Part shown: positions 46,414 through 55,877 of the stretch, piece after piece
Layout: the number at the start of each line of letters is the position of its first letter
How positions within the stretch are numbered: position 1 is the first letter of the stretch
Origin: Vulcanimicrobiales bacterium
GTDB lineage: Bacteria; Vulcanimicrobiota; Vulcanimicrobiia; Vulcanimicrobiales; Vulcanimicrobiaceae
DNA: 64,000 bases
Assembly: GCA_038231455.1 (NCBI GenBank)
Contig: JBBRLI010000010.1
Coordinates: forward strand, 1-64,000
Direction of reading: 5' to 3'
Position numbers and translations under genes: made by a program
Notes under the pieces: generated by a model
Told to the model about the DNA's origin: nothing
Database searches by the model: none
What the model saw: the letters and a program-made list of their open reading frames with translations, nothing else

Positions 46414-47048
46414 AAGTTCGCGTCCGTCAGGCCAACATTGAGCTTGACGCTCGTCCATTTCTCGTCTTTGACGAGGCGTTCACCCTCGAAGCGTTCGCGG
46501 CGCACCGGCAGATGCGATGACTTTGCGAACGAGACGATTTCTTTGCTAACGCCGTGATTGGCGGCTGGATCGGCAACGATGAGTGTAACGGCTGTCGTCG
46601 CGATGCCGTCAACGGCTGCCCCATCGGCTTCGCTCATAATTCCCTTGATCGATTTAAGCTCGTCGATGACCGACCCAAACGTGCCCGTATCGATCGAATC
46701 GCCACGTAGCGAGAGCACGCGCTTGTCGTGCAAGTCCATATTCATCTTGATCATTGCAAGCATCCCACCCTTATGCGCGCGCACTTGCGTGCCGCCTTTG
46801 TACAAGATTCCAGCACCCGCGTCGGGTCCCGCAACCACATCGACGCTGATGAAATGCGGTTTCTTAAAGCGATAGCCATACGTGCGGTCTTGTGTTGAGG
46901 TTCCGAGAATCTCATGGACGACAAGCGACGTCGTATAATCGTTTATTTTGCCGAGCGCTTCGCTTGCATCATCGATTGCAGCGGCTTGTGCGACAAGCGG
47001 CGCGGCGACGAGTGCAAGGAGCATGGCGACGGAAAGAATCGGTTTCAT
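46410..47048 (-). CDS. Exported LolA-like/DUF1571-like protein
   Basis: Signal peptide; FKKP; LPVRRE..E; VKLNVGL end. Confidence 0.55.
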   Translation of the reverse strand: MKPILSVAMLLALVAAPLVAQAAAIDDASEALGKINDYTTSLVVHEILGTSTQDRTYGYRFKKPHFISVDVVAGPDAGAGILYKGGTQVRAHKGGMLAMIKMNMDLHDKRVLSLRGDSIDTGTFGSVIDELKSIKGIMSEADGAAVDGIATTAVTLIVADPAANHGVSKEIVSFAKSSHLPVRRERFEGERLVKDEKWTSVKLNVGLTDANF

Positions 47049-47103
47049 GGTGGGACCCTCCAGTAGTAGCATCGCTACGTCGGTCCGTTAACGTCGACCT
47101 GTC

Positions 47104-47688
47104 CTATTCCGTTCCGAGCAGCGTGCCGTGTTGTCCGGGAACCCCGATGAGGACGTCGCATTTCGCATGCGTCGCGATTTGTTCGATCGCTCGTCCGAGC
47201 GGTGCGCCCGTGTACTTGCCTTCGCGAAACGAGCCCATGATGAGTAAGTGCGCCTCTTCGCGTTTGGCAAGATCGAGCACGGCGCTGCTGATCTGACGCG
47301 CGTGAATCGTCTCTTTCCGGAGTTGGATGCCGTTGGTCTGCGCGATCGCCTCGGCGGTTGCAAGAACGTCGAGCGCAACGCGGTCTTGCTCGGGCGTACT
47401 TGCTCCCTCGGGTAGGATCAGTGGGACTTCGATGACGTAGGCGGCGAGAAGTTCGGCTTTCTCACGGCGCGCCAATCGTGCGGCAAGCACCATCATCGAT
47501 TCTGAGTGAATGTCCTCCGAGAACACGACGATGACCGAACCGACCATTTCTTTGAGTTCGGCCTCCGCCGCCTGCGCGGCCACGTCTGCCTTGGTCTTTG
47601 GCGGATGGAGCATCCACCAAATCGTTCCCGAGACGGAGAAGACGACGAAGAAGCCCGCAAGAACGCCGCTCGTATGCATCGTCAGCAC
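47104..47688 (-). CDS. Universal stress protein with N-terminal TM helix
   Basis: AYVIEVP, LLIMGS, LGRAIEQI..HAKCDVLI. Confidence 0.8.
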   Translation of the reverse strand: MLTMHTSGVLAGFFVVFSVSGTIWWMLHPPKTKADVAAQAAEAELKEMVGSVIVVFSEDIHSESMMVLAARLARREKAELLAAYVIEVPLILPEGASTPEQDRVALDVLATAEAIAQTNGIQLRKETIHARQISSAVLDLAKREEAHLLIMGSFREGKYTGAPLGRAIEQIATHAKCDVLIGVPGQHGTLLGTE

Positions 47689-47689
47689 G

Positions 47690-47917
47690 CTATCGGCCGT
47701 CCCGCGCGAGCAGATAATTGCGGATGCGCATCACGCCCAGGCCCGCAAGTGCGAGAGAGAAGATGAGGCCGATCACGGCCTGCGTCGGTTGGTGCATCGT
47801 AAGCGCGATACCGACGACTTGATAGCCGATGATCGCGCCCATGGCGATAAACGCAAGCCCAAAGATCGCTCGTAGCCGCACGATCGCAAGCGGCGGCGGC
47901 GTGCGCCTGCGCATCAT
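47690..47917 (-). CDS. Small two-TM membrane protein
   Basis: Two hydrophobic helices; ATGA-coupled to the APC permease. Confidence 0.6.
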   Translation of the reverse strand: MMRRRTPPPLAIVRLRAIFGLAFIAMGAIIGYQVVGIALTMHQPTQAVIGLIFSLALAGLGVMRIRNYLLARDGR

Positions 47918-49542
47918 GCGACGCCCGTCGTCGTTTTCGCGCGCGCCTCATCGCGCTTGCGCAAGTTGCTCAAATACTCGTCCATCAATTCAAGTTCGCC
48001 CGCATCGCGCAAGATCGCGATTTGCTGCTGTTCCCACTCGTGTTTGCGGGAGCCGAACATGGGCAACTTCTTTCGCTTGCGATACCAGATGTAGCCGAGG
48101 AAGCCTAGGACCACCCAGAGCGGACCCGCGACGCGACCGATTTCGTGCGTGTACAACGTGAAGCACAGAATCGAGAATATCCCGATGAAACCGATAACGG
48201 CGACGACGGGGAATTTAACCGCTTGTCCGTTCCACGTCATTGGAATATTGAAGGGAATCGTAAATTTTCGCGGCGAGAGGGGGTCTTTCAGGCGCAGTGC
48301 GATGAGCGCGATGAATACGAACGAGTAGCTCGTCGCCGCGCCAAATGCGTAAAGATCGGCGAGCACGCCGATACCGTTCTCACCGTGGAAAAGTCGCGTA
48401 TAGAGCGTATTCGCGCCTGCGTTGAGACTCGGCAACGCCGCGAAGAGCATGACGATAAACGCGAGCCCGCAGAACGTGATGATCGAAACCGCAGGTGTGC
48501 GAAACTGCGGATGCACTTTCTGGAAAACCGTGGGCATCAGGCGCGAGTGGCTCATGGCGTACGCGATACGCGATGCGCCGAAGACGCCCGAGTTGCTGGA
48601 GATCAACAGCAAGATCGCTCCGAGCACGGGAACGTAATACGCTGCGATCGCGCCGAAATACGGAACGTTCGCGGCGAGCACGGCGACGGAGCGGCCGTTG
48701 TTGTCGTCGTTACCGAGGAATTGCACGAACGTTTGCACGTGATGTTGCGCGTCGAGCGGCACCGGGTGGACCGGCGTCATGCCGAGCGCGAGATTCGAAT
48801 AGGCGAGCGCGTAGATCAAAATCGTGAGGATCAAGCTGATCGACGTGCGTGGAATGATCGAGGCTGGCCGCTGCGTTTCTTGCGCAGCCTGCGAGATCGA
48901 TTCCAAACCAACGAACGAGATGATCGCAAGCGACACGCCGTTGAGCAAGTTGAAGGGCGTCGGCCACGAGAACGTCATCGCGTGTACGAGAATGTTCGGA
49001 TCGAAGGCAAAGACGAAACCGAAGAAGAGGATCGCTGTTTCGCTCACCACGTCGAGCGCGCTCACGACACCGTTAAGCGTGGTCGACTCACGAACGCCGA
49101 TTACGTTGAGCAAGCAAAGGCCGCCGATCACGAAGGTGACGGCGATGAAGTGGGTGATGGGGTGGTTGCCGAGCGCCAGCGCCGGAATCAAGAACCCTAA
49201 ATAATCAATACACGACCACGCAAAGAGTGCAATGTCGATCGTGAAATCGAGCAGCACCGACCAGCCCGCGATAAAACCGAAGACATCGCCGAGGCCGCGT
49301 AAAACGAAATACTGCCCGCCGCCGGCGACCGGATAGGTCGCGGCAAGCTCGGTGTATGCAAGCCCGATACACACGTAGACGATGCCCGCGAAGAGGAACG
49401 CAACGTTCGATCCGCCGCCGGCGGCACCGAGCACGAGGCCGAGGCCGACGAAAATGTCGGCACCGACATCGGAATAGCCCCAAGAAAACGATCCCCACGG
49501 CGTAACCGAACGCCGGAGAGTAGCCTTACTTCCCGCAGACAT
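47914..49542 (-). CDS. APC family amino acid/cation permease
   Basis: YTELAATYPVAGG, FVGLESI, SRIAYAMS, FRTP. Confidence 0.9.
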   Translation of the reverse strand: MSAGSKATLRRSVTPWGSFSWGYSDVGADIFVGLGLVLGAAGGGSNVAFLFAGIVYVCIGLAYTELAATYPVAGGGQYFVLRGLGDVFGFIAGWSVLLDFTIDIALFAWSCIDYLGFLIPALALGNHPITHFIAVTFVIGGLCLLNVIGVRESTTLNGVVSALDVVSETAILFFGFVFAFDPNILVHAMTFSWPTPFNLLNGVSLAIISFVGLESISQAAQETQRPASIIPRTSISLILTILIYALAYSNLALGMTPVHPVPLDAQHHVQTFVQFLGNDDNNGRSVAVLAANVPYFGAIAAYYVPVLGAILLLISSNSGVFGASRIAYAMSHSRLMPTVFQKVHPQFRTPAVSIITFCGLAFIVMLFAALPSLNAGANTLYTRLFHGENGIGVLADLYAFGAATSYSFVFIALIALRLKDPLSPRKFTIPFNIPMTWNGQAVKFPVVAVIGFIGIFSILCFTLYTHEIGRVAGPLWVVLGFLGYIWYRKRKKLPMFGSRKHEWEQQQIAILRDAGELELMDEYLSNLRKRDEARAKTTTGVA

Positions 49543-50822
49543 TAACGATAACGCAGCCCGATGCGCTGTAGTGCATACAGAATCCGTTCACCCTCTTCAA
49601 GTTCTTTGAGCATCCGTCGTCCGCGGAGGACGGGAAGAGCCGTGTTAAGCGCCTCTTGGGCCTGGTCGATTTCATTCTTATCCGGCTTATCGATCTCGGT
49701 ATTTTTCTGTAGGATCATCGTTGCAAACTTGAGTGCGGTCTTCGCGTATTCCAGCTCGTTTGAGACATCCTGGAAGGCGCGCATCGCATTTTGATACGTG
49801 CGCATGGCTTCGGGATAGTCGCGCTTGCGAGTCGCAAGCATTCCCGCCAGAACCTGTGAATACGCTTCGTTGAGCGTGAATGTCGGCGCGAACGTTCGAT
49901 CCAGCGCTTCGCGCACGGACGTATCGGCCGGCGGTTCGCCGGGAGTCGGCGCAGCGCCGTTGATGGGAGCGGAATCCATCGCAGCTTTGGGACCACCGCT
50001 GCCGCCGGAGATGAGGTGCTGGAGATCGGCGATGACGTCATTTGCCGCCTGATAGCGACGATCGGGCTGCTTTTCGAGCAACTTCATTACGATGCGTTCG
50101 ATCGGTACGGGAACGCTGCGATTGATCGCGCGCATCGACGGCGGCGGCTCATTGACGTGCGCGAATATGACCGAGACCAAATCGTCGGTGTCGCTTTTGA
50201 ACGGCACGGTGCCGGCGAATACTTCGTACATCATGACGCCGACCGAGTATAGATCGCTACGCGCATCCGCAGCTTTCCCGAGAAAACGTTCGGGCGAGAG
50301 ATAGGCGATCGTCCCGACGATCTCGCCCGCTTGGCTGATCTGTGACATTTCACTCGTGCGGCGCGAGAGCCCGAAGTCCATGACTTTGATCGTGCTATCG
50401 CCAAGGACCATGATGTTCGCTGGCTTGATATCGCGGTGAATGATTTGCAGGTCGTGCGCGAACTGCAAAGCACCGAGCAGATCGATAAAGTATTTGATCG
50501 CCGTATGCGTGGTGAGTTCGTTTGCGGGAATCGCCGCGAGCGTGCGTCCGTTTACGAGTTCCATGACGATGTACGAGAGGCCGTTCGTCTGACCGGCATC
50601 GTAGACCGCGACGATGTTGCGATGATTGAGGCGCGCCATCGATTGCGCTTCGCGCAAGAAGCGCTTGCGCACGTCATCGGAACGCTCGGTGAGAATCTTG
50701 ATCGCGACCGTTCGCTCGAGCATCGTATCGACGCCGGAGTAGACGTCGGCCATGCCGCCGCGACCGACGAGAGCGTCGATCCGGTAGCGATTTCCAAGCG
50801 TCCGCCCGGCCAGTTCCATCAC
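49542..50822 (-). CDS. Hanks-type Ser/Thr protein kinase with helical (TPR-like) C-terminus
   Basis: GRGGMADVY, VAIK, HRDIKPAN, DFG, YLSPE; no TM or PASTA domain. Confidence 0.92.
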   Translation of the reverse strand: MMELAGRTLGNRYRIDALVGRGGMADVYSGVDTMLERTVAIKILTERSDDVRKRFLREAQSMARLNHRNIVAVYDAGQTNGLSYIVMELVNGRTLAAIPANELTTHTAIKYFIDLLGALQFAHDLQIIHRDIKPANIMVLGDSTIKVMDFGLSRRTSEMSQISQAGEIVGTIAYLSPERFLGKAADARSDLYSVGVMMYEVFAGTVPFKSDTDDLVSVIFAHVNEPPPSMRAINRSVPVPIERIVMKLLEKQPDRRYQAANDVIADLQHLISGGSGGPKAAMDSAPINGAAPTPGEPPADTSVREALDRTFAPTFTLNEAYSQVLAGMLATRKRDYPEAMRTYQNAMRAFQDVSNELEYAKTALKFATMILQKNTEIDKPDKNEIDQAQEALNTALPVLRGRRMLKELEEGERILYALQRIGLRYR

Positions 50823-51161
50823 TTAGAATGCGCTCCGGTGATGGCGAACGGACGTTCCCTCGATCGTCACCACGTCAAACCGAGCGCGAGATTGCGGCGC
50901 GGTGAATTGCAAATAGTCCGCCGCGAGCAAACGCAGTTTCCGGCGTTTGCGGGCGTCGACGGCGTCGAGTGCCGTGCCGAAATTTCCTGAGGTACGCGCT
51001 TTCACTTCCACAAAGACAATGGTCTCGCCATCTGAACAAACGATGTCGATTTCTCCGCCCGGAACTCGGACGTTTCGGCCGATGAGGCGATACCCCCGTT
51101 CAGCCAAGTGCTGCCAGGCCAAATCTTCACCGAGACGGCCGCGCTGCGCGCGCTCGGTCAC
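50823..51161 (-). CDS. yraN: YraN family nuclease
   Basis: GRLGEDLA, GEIDIV, FVEVKAR, RFDVV. Confidence 0.92.
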   Translation of the reverse strand: MTERAQRGRLGEDLAWQHLAERGYRLIGRNVRVPGGEIDIVCSDGETIVFVEVKARTSGNFGTALDAVDARKRRKLRLLAADYLQFTAPQSRARFDVVTIEGTSVRHHRSAF

Positions 51162-51841
51162 GATGCAGCGATTCCGGGGAGTTCGAGCGCCGCTGCGACG
51201 TGCCAAAAACCCCGCCGGTGCTGGTCGCACGGGCCGTGCGCTGCTAGGGCCGCGAGGTGCCGCGGAGTCGCATAGCCTTTGTGCTCGGCAAAGCCGTAGA
51301 GCGGATGGAGCAGGTCGAGTTCGGCGAGTAAACCGTCGCGATGAACCTTGGCGATGATCGAGGCGGCCGCGACGGTCGCGCACTTCGCGTCACCTTTGAT
51401 CACCGGTTCTTGCTCGCCCACATACGACTTGATCCGGACGGCATCGGTGATCAAATAGTCGGGCGCCTGCGAGAGCGCCGCGATCGCGCGCTCCATCGCA
51501 AGAACGCTTGCCCAGTAGATATTGATGCGGTCGATTTCGGCCACCGATGCCGAGCCGATGCCCCAACCAACGACCGAGCCTTTGATGTGCTCGGCAAGCT
51601 CGATTCGGCGGTCCGGGCGGACTTTTTTCGAATCGTTGAGGCCGGCGAGCATGAGCGGCCGGTCGGTGAGGACGCACGCTGCGATCACGGGTCCCGCAAG
51701 CGGCCCGCGTCCGACTTCGTCGACGCCTGCGACCAAGAGCAGGCCGCGTTCGCGTGCAGCGTTTTCGTAGCGGTGCAGGCGCAGGAGGCGTCGGCGTTCG
51801 GCGGCGCGTGCGTTCGCGCGCTTTCGGGCCTCGTCGTTCAT
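51158..51841 (-). CDS. rnhB: Ribonuclease HII
   Basis: GVDEVGRGPLAGPV, DSKK, KGD, AASIIAKVHRD, HKGY. Confidence 0.95.
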   Translation of the reverse strand: MNDEARKRANARAAERRRLLRLHRYENAARERGLLLVAGVDEVGRGPLAGPVIAACVLTDRPLMLAGLNDSKKVRPDRRIELAEHIKGSVVGWGIGSASVAEIDRINIYWASVLAMERAIAALSQAPDYLITDAVRIKSYVGEQEPVIKGDAKCATVAAASIIAKVHRDGLLAELDLLHPLYGFAEHKGYATPRHLAALAAHGPCDQHRRGFWHVAAALELPGIAAS

Positions 51842-52638
51842 TCGGCGCTCGGCGGATCCTCGAACGTGATGCGTCCGAATTTGCCGTCGTTAAAATCCTT
51901 GATGTACGACCCGGCGGCGTTGTGATAATCTACCTCGCTGCCTTTGCGCATGAAGCCGCGCGTCTGCGCGAACGTCTCGAGGCTCGGCACTTTCGTGCGG
52001 CCGCCGGACGTCGCCACAAGCCAGGCGTGAAAACGATTCACAACGTCTTCGGAATCGAATCGTTCGCGCGGGATCGCACCGGTAAGCGCGAGCATCCACT
52101 GCGCTTCCGACGTCGCGATTTTCGGCACGAGAATACCGGGTGTATCCATCAGTTCGAGTGTCGGCAGGACGCGAAACCACTGCATCTGCCGCGTGAGCCC
52201 GGCTTTGTCTTCCGCTTTCGCCGCGGTGCGTCGCAAGAGTCCGTTGATGATCGACGACTTTCCGGTATTGGGAATGCCGAGCACGATCGCGCGCTGCGTC
52301 CCTTTGCCCGAGGTGAGCTGTCCGACGTGGAAGTTTGCTTTACTGATGCTGCCCGGATCTTTCGAGTTCACGGCAACGACGCGACGATGCTGACCATTAT
52401 AGTGCGCAAGCCATCTCACCGTTTGGGCGGGGTTGGCTAGGTCGTCGTGCGTCATCACGAGCATGCGCGGTTTTTTTCCGATGACCGCATCGAGCATGTC
52501 GTTCGAGGAAATGAGCGGGAGGCGCGAGTCCACGACTTCGATGACGACATCGATCAGCTTCATCTTGTCGACGAGCTGCCGCATGGCGGTCGCCATGTGT
52601 CCGGGATACCACTGAATGACGTTGTCTTGGCTGATCAC
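51838..52638 (-). CDS. rbgA: Ribosome biogenesis GTPase RbgA/YlqF
   Basis: IQWYPGHM, GIPNTGKSS, DTPGI. Confidence 0.92.
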   Translation of the reverse strand: MISQDNVIQWYPGHMATAMRQLVDKMKLIDVVIEVVDSRLPLISSNDMLDAVIGKKPRMLVMTHDDLANPAQTVRWLAHYNGQHRRVVAVNSKDPGSISKANFHVGQLTSGKGTQRAIVLGIPNTGKSSIINGLLRRTAAKAEDKAGLTRQMQWFRVLPTLELMDTPGILVPKIATSEAQWMLALTGAIPRERFDSEDVVNRFHAWLVATSGGRTKVPSLETFAQTRGFMRKGSEVDYHNAAGSYIKDFNDGKFGRITFEDPPSAE

Positions 52639-53153
52639 GAGCGCCATCCGAGCGGCCGCAAAGGCCAGATACCGAGAACAGCGCGACCGATTACTTCGCT
52701 TTGCGGCACGAAGCCCCAGTCGCGAGAATCGTCGCTGTTTGCACGATTGTCGCCGAGCACGTAGATCGTGCCTGCCGGGACAGTGACTTCGGGGTAGCTG
52801 CGCGCGTCGCGGAAGGCAACGTAGTCTTCGCGAAGCGGCGTTCCACTCAGTCGCACGGTTCCCCGATCGATCATCACGCGATCGCCGGGGATGGCGATGA
52901 CGCGCTTGATGTAGTGCTGCGCTTCGCCGCTCGTTCTCGACTCATGCTTGAAGGCGATGATCTCGCCGCGGGCAATCGGTCCTACGCGATACGCGAAGGT
53001 ATTGATGAGGACGAACTCGCCCGGATGGATCCGCGGTTCCATCGAGAGCCCGCTGACTTGCGGGGTCCGCAAAAAGAACGCCGCCGCGATGAGCGCGAGG
53101 AGTGCGATTTGGATCGCAACGTTTGCCGCCGTACGGACGGTAGCCACGCGCAT
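52635..53153 (-). CDS. lepB: Signal peptidase I (second copy)
   Basis: SMEP, YIKRVIA.PGD, GDNRANSDDSR. Confidence 0.9.
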   Translation of the reverse strand: MRVATVRTAANVAIQIALLALIAAAFFLRTPQVSGLSMEPRIHPGEFVLINTFAYRVGPIARGEIIAFKHESRTSGEAQHYIKRVIAIPGDRVMIDRGTVRLSGTPLREDYVAFRDARSYPEVTVPAGTIYVLGDNRANSDDSRDWGFVPQSEVIGRAVLGIWPLRPLGWRS

Positions 53154-53179
53154 ATTCTTCGACCTTAGGCCCGCTATTC

Positions 53180-53941
53180 CTAATGGAGAATACGGATGCG
53201 ATTGAGCGGCCAAAAGAGCAGAAATGCATGGCCGGTAAAGCCGGCAGCGACGCCTTTACGCGGGCCGGCAGCGAAGGTACCGCCGGTTTGGGAGAAGCCC
53301 CACATGTGCGAGTCCTCGGAGTTATTCCGATTGTCGCCCATCATGAAGTAGAAGCCCTCGGGGATGCGATCGGGAGCCTGCCACATTGTTTTCGGCGGGA
53401 TGTTCGCGATATCGGGCGTCAGCGGCACGCCGTCGACGGTAATCCCATAATTCTTGATTTCCAGCTCGTAGGCGGGCTTTTGCGCGATATACTTCTCGTC
53501 CTGGGGCACATCGTTGATGTACACGGTGCCACTGTGGATGCGGAATTTATCGCCGGGAATACCGATCGTGCGCTTGATAAAGTCGTTCGTCGTCGTGATC
53601 GGCGGCGGAAAGACCACGATGTCGCCATGGTGCGGCTTGGAGAAGCGGTACTCGAACTCATTGACGAGGAGCACATCGTGGATCTGCAAGGTCGGCTCCA
53701 TCGAGCCCGACGGAATGAAAAACGTCCGCACCACAAACGTGATGAGGAGCAGCGCCACGAGCCCGGCCACGATAAAGGCGTCCAGGTACTCGCGGATGAT
53801 CGTCCGCGCCGAGGGCGCGGGTTCGGCAACGCCGTCGGCGACTAGGGCAGTCGCAGCGACGGGTGCTTCGGGCTTGATGCTAATTGCGACGCGGACGACC
53901 GCGAAGACGCAAATCAGCGCAAAGAGTTCGAGGGGCGTCAC
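53180..53941 (-). CDS. lepB: Signal peptidase I
   Basis: IPSGSMEPTL, FIKRTIG.PGD, GDNRNNSEDS. Confidence 0.92.
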   Translation of the reverse strand: MTPLELFALICVFAVVRVAISIKPEAPVAATALVADGVAEPAPSARTIIREYLDAFIVAGLVALLLITFVVRTFFIPSGSMEPTLQIHDVLLVNEFEYRFSKPHHGDIVVFPPPITTTNDFIKRTIGIPGDKFRIHSGTVYINDVPQDEKYIAQKPAYELEIKNYGITVDGVPLTPDIANIPPKTMWQAPDRIPEGFYFMMGDNRNNSEDSHMWGFSQTGGTFAAGPRKGVAAGFTGHAFLLFWPLNRIRILH

Positions 53942-53947
53942 GACAGT

Positions 53948-54301
53948 CTAGCTGCGGACGACTTTCTTCTCTTTGATACGGGCGGCTTTACCGATCTTAT
54001 CCGACAGATAATAGAGGCGGCTGCGGCGCACGATGCCGCGCTTCGAGACTTCGACCTTCTCGAGGCGCGGGCTATGGAGCAAGAACGACTTCTCAACGCC
54101 GATGCCGTGCGAAAGACGACGGACCGTGATGGTCTCGCCGATCCCGCCGCCCTTGCGGACGGTCACGATCCCCTCGAACATCTGGGTACGTTCTTTGCCG
54201 CCTTCGACCACCTTGGAGTACACCTTGACGGTGTCGCCGGGGCGGAAGTCGGGGACGGAGGGTTTCTCCTGTTCCTTTTGGATCAGGTTGATGACGTTCA
54301 T
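53948..54301 (-). CDS. rplS: 50S ribosomal protein L19
   Basis: [26 protein letters not shown]. Confidence 0.97.
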   Translation of the reverse strand: MNVINLIQKEQEKPSVPDFRPGDTVKVYSKVVEGGKERTQMFEGIVTVRKGGGIGETITVRRLSHGIGVEKSFLLHSPRLEKVEVSKRGIVRRSRLYYLSDKIGKAARIKEKKVVRS

Positions 54302-54387
54302 AGCTTCGGCTCTCTCATGGCGCGCTCGCCCCGGGGGGTCGAGGGCCTTCATAAAGACAGGACAGCCCGCGAGCGGGCAACCCCGGG

Positions 54388-54417
54388 ATTGTATCACGCG
54401 AGCATCACCCCTGGCAA
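54388..54417 (-). promoter_or_regulatory. Sigma70 promoter of the rplS operon
   Basis: TTGCCA-N18-TACAAT with extended TG. Confidence 0.6.
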
Positions 54418-54434
54418 CGCCGGGCGGCGAGTTG
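54418..54434. repeat. Left 17-bp target-site duplication of the IS
   Basis: CGCCGGGCGGCGAGTTG, identical at 55831-55847. Confidence 0.92.
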
Positions 54435-55830
54435 TGTAGGCGCAAAGCACAGATGTCCGGTTCTTAGCAAAGCAGAGATGTCCGGATCGGCTAAGGCGGT
54501 CTCCCATGGAGCTGCTTGCCATGACTGCCCAAGAACAGGACCGCCTCCGTTGCCTCCAGCGCGTCGCGGATGGCTATCGAACCCAAGGGGAGGCTGCAAT
54601 CGAGCTTGGGATCAGCGAGCGGCACGTCCGGCGATTATTGCGGGGCCTGGCAAAAGACGGCCCGGCAGCGCTCATTTCCAAACGGCGAGGTCGATCCCCG
54701 AATAACCGCTTTCCAGACTCCGTCCGCGCTCTTGTGTTGGAACGCTACAACGCCGACTATCATGGCTTCGGGCCGACGCTCCTTGCCCAGGTCTTAGCGC
54801 AACGTGACAGCCTTTGCATCAATCGTGAGACGCTTCGAACGCTCCTACTCGCGAACGGTCTTTGGACGGCAAAACGAAATCGTCGTAAACGCCATCCCAT
54901 GCGCGAACGTCGAACGCGATTCGGTGAGTTGGTGCAAATGGACGGATCGCCGCACGCCTGGTTTGAGGATCGTGGACCGCGTGCAACGCTGCTCGTTGCA
55001 ATCGACGACGCGACGAGCTGCGTGACCGCCGCACGCTTCGAGACCTCTGAGACCACAAACGGATATTACCGATTGCTGCGCATGCATTTCGCCAAGTTTG
55101 GCCGGTTCAGCGCAGCATACACCGATAAACACAGCATTTTTCGCTACTCAGGACCAAGCACCCGAGAATCAATCGAGACGCAACTTCAGCGCGCACTCAC
55201 GGAGCTCGACATCGAACTCATCTGCGCAAATTCACCGCAGGCCAAAGGCCGCGTCGAACGGGCCAACCGTACATTTCAGGATCGACTCATCAAGATCATG
55301 CGCCTCGAATCGATCGCAACGATCGACGCCGCAAACGCCTTCCTTCCAAGTTATCTTGAGGAACATAACGCGAGCTTCGCCAGTGCGCCAACCTCAACCC
55401 AAGACGCGCATCGAAGCATCTCATCATTCAATCTCGACCGCATTCTGTGCCGACGCGAAGAACGCACTGTTACAAAAGATCTCACATTTCAAATCGACGA
55501 TACGTATTTTCAACTCCACGATTCGTACTCTCGATGTAATCTTGCACGCGGGTCACGGGTCGAATTCCGACTTCAACCCGACGGCAACCTGACCGTTCAC
55601 CACGGCGACCACCTGCTCCAAGCAATGGCTGTCGGCCGGCTACCACGGCACGTCCCGATCGTGGAGTCGAAAGACCTTAACGTTGTCCTCGATCGCCGTA
55701 CCCCCGACCCAAAAAAGGTCCGCACCCCCGCCAAGAATCATCTTTGGAGAAGCTCGGCCACCCCCGCCGCCTCGCTAAAACCGGACATCTCTGCTTTGCT
55801 GCGACCGGACATCTCAGCTTTGCGCTAACA
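54435..55830 (+). mobile_element. Insertion sequence, IS1202-family-like (formerly ISNCY), 1396 bp
   Basis: TGT...ACA ends; imperfect IRs each carrying two CAAAGCAGAGATGTCCGG-type repeats; 17-bp direct repeats. Confidence 0.9.
54506..55828 (+). CDS. DDE transposase (integrase core + N-terminal HTH)
   Basis: LGISERHVRRL, QMDGS.H.W, IDDAT, YTDKHS, PQAKGRVER. Confidence 0.93.
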   Translation: MELLAMTAQEQDRLRCLQRVADGYRTQGEAAIELGISERHVRRLLRGLAKDGPAALISKRRGRSPNNRFPDSVRALVLERYNADYHGFGPTLLAQVLAQRDSLCINRETLRTLLLANGLWTAKRNRRKRHPMRERRTRFGELVQMDGSPHAWFEDRGPRATLLVAIDDATSCVTAARFETSETTNGYYRLLRMHFAKFGRFSAAYTDKHSIFRYSGPSTRESIETQLQRALTELDIELICANSPQAKGRVERANRTFQDRLIKIMRLESIATIDAANAFLPSYLEEHNASFASAPTSTQDAHRSISSFNLDRILCRREERTVTKDLTFQIDDTYFQLHDSYSRCNLARGSRVEFRLQPDGNLTVHHGDHLLQAMAVGRLPRHVPIVESKDLNVVLDRRTPDPKKVRTPAKNHLWRSSATPAASLKPDISALLRPDISALR

Positions 55831-55847
55831 CGCCGGGCGGCGAGTTG
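55831..55847. repeat. Right 17-bp target-site duplication
   Basis: Identical to 54418-54434. Confidence 0.92.
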
Positions 55848-55874
55848 CCTCAAGGTTAGCTAAGATGGTAGACT
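55845..55874 (+). promoter_or_regulatory. Promoter/operator of the toxin-antitoxin pair
   Basis: TTGCCT-N18-TAGACT; TTAGCTAA palindrome in the spacer. Confidence 0.5.
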
Positions 55875-55877
55875 AAG

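Noticed and set aside
48145-49200. 351-aa plus-strand ORF
   Set aside because: Antisense to the APC permease
54418-54434. Xer/dif-like target as described for the ISAba32 subgroup
   Set aside because: The target is GC-rich with no XerC/D-like boxes nearby
54435-54490. Short direct repeats as a mini CRISPR array
   Set aside because: Only two copies per end, mirrored at the other IS end; no cas genes
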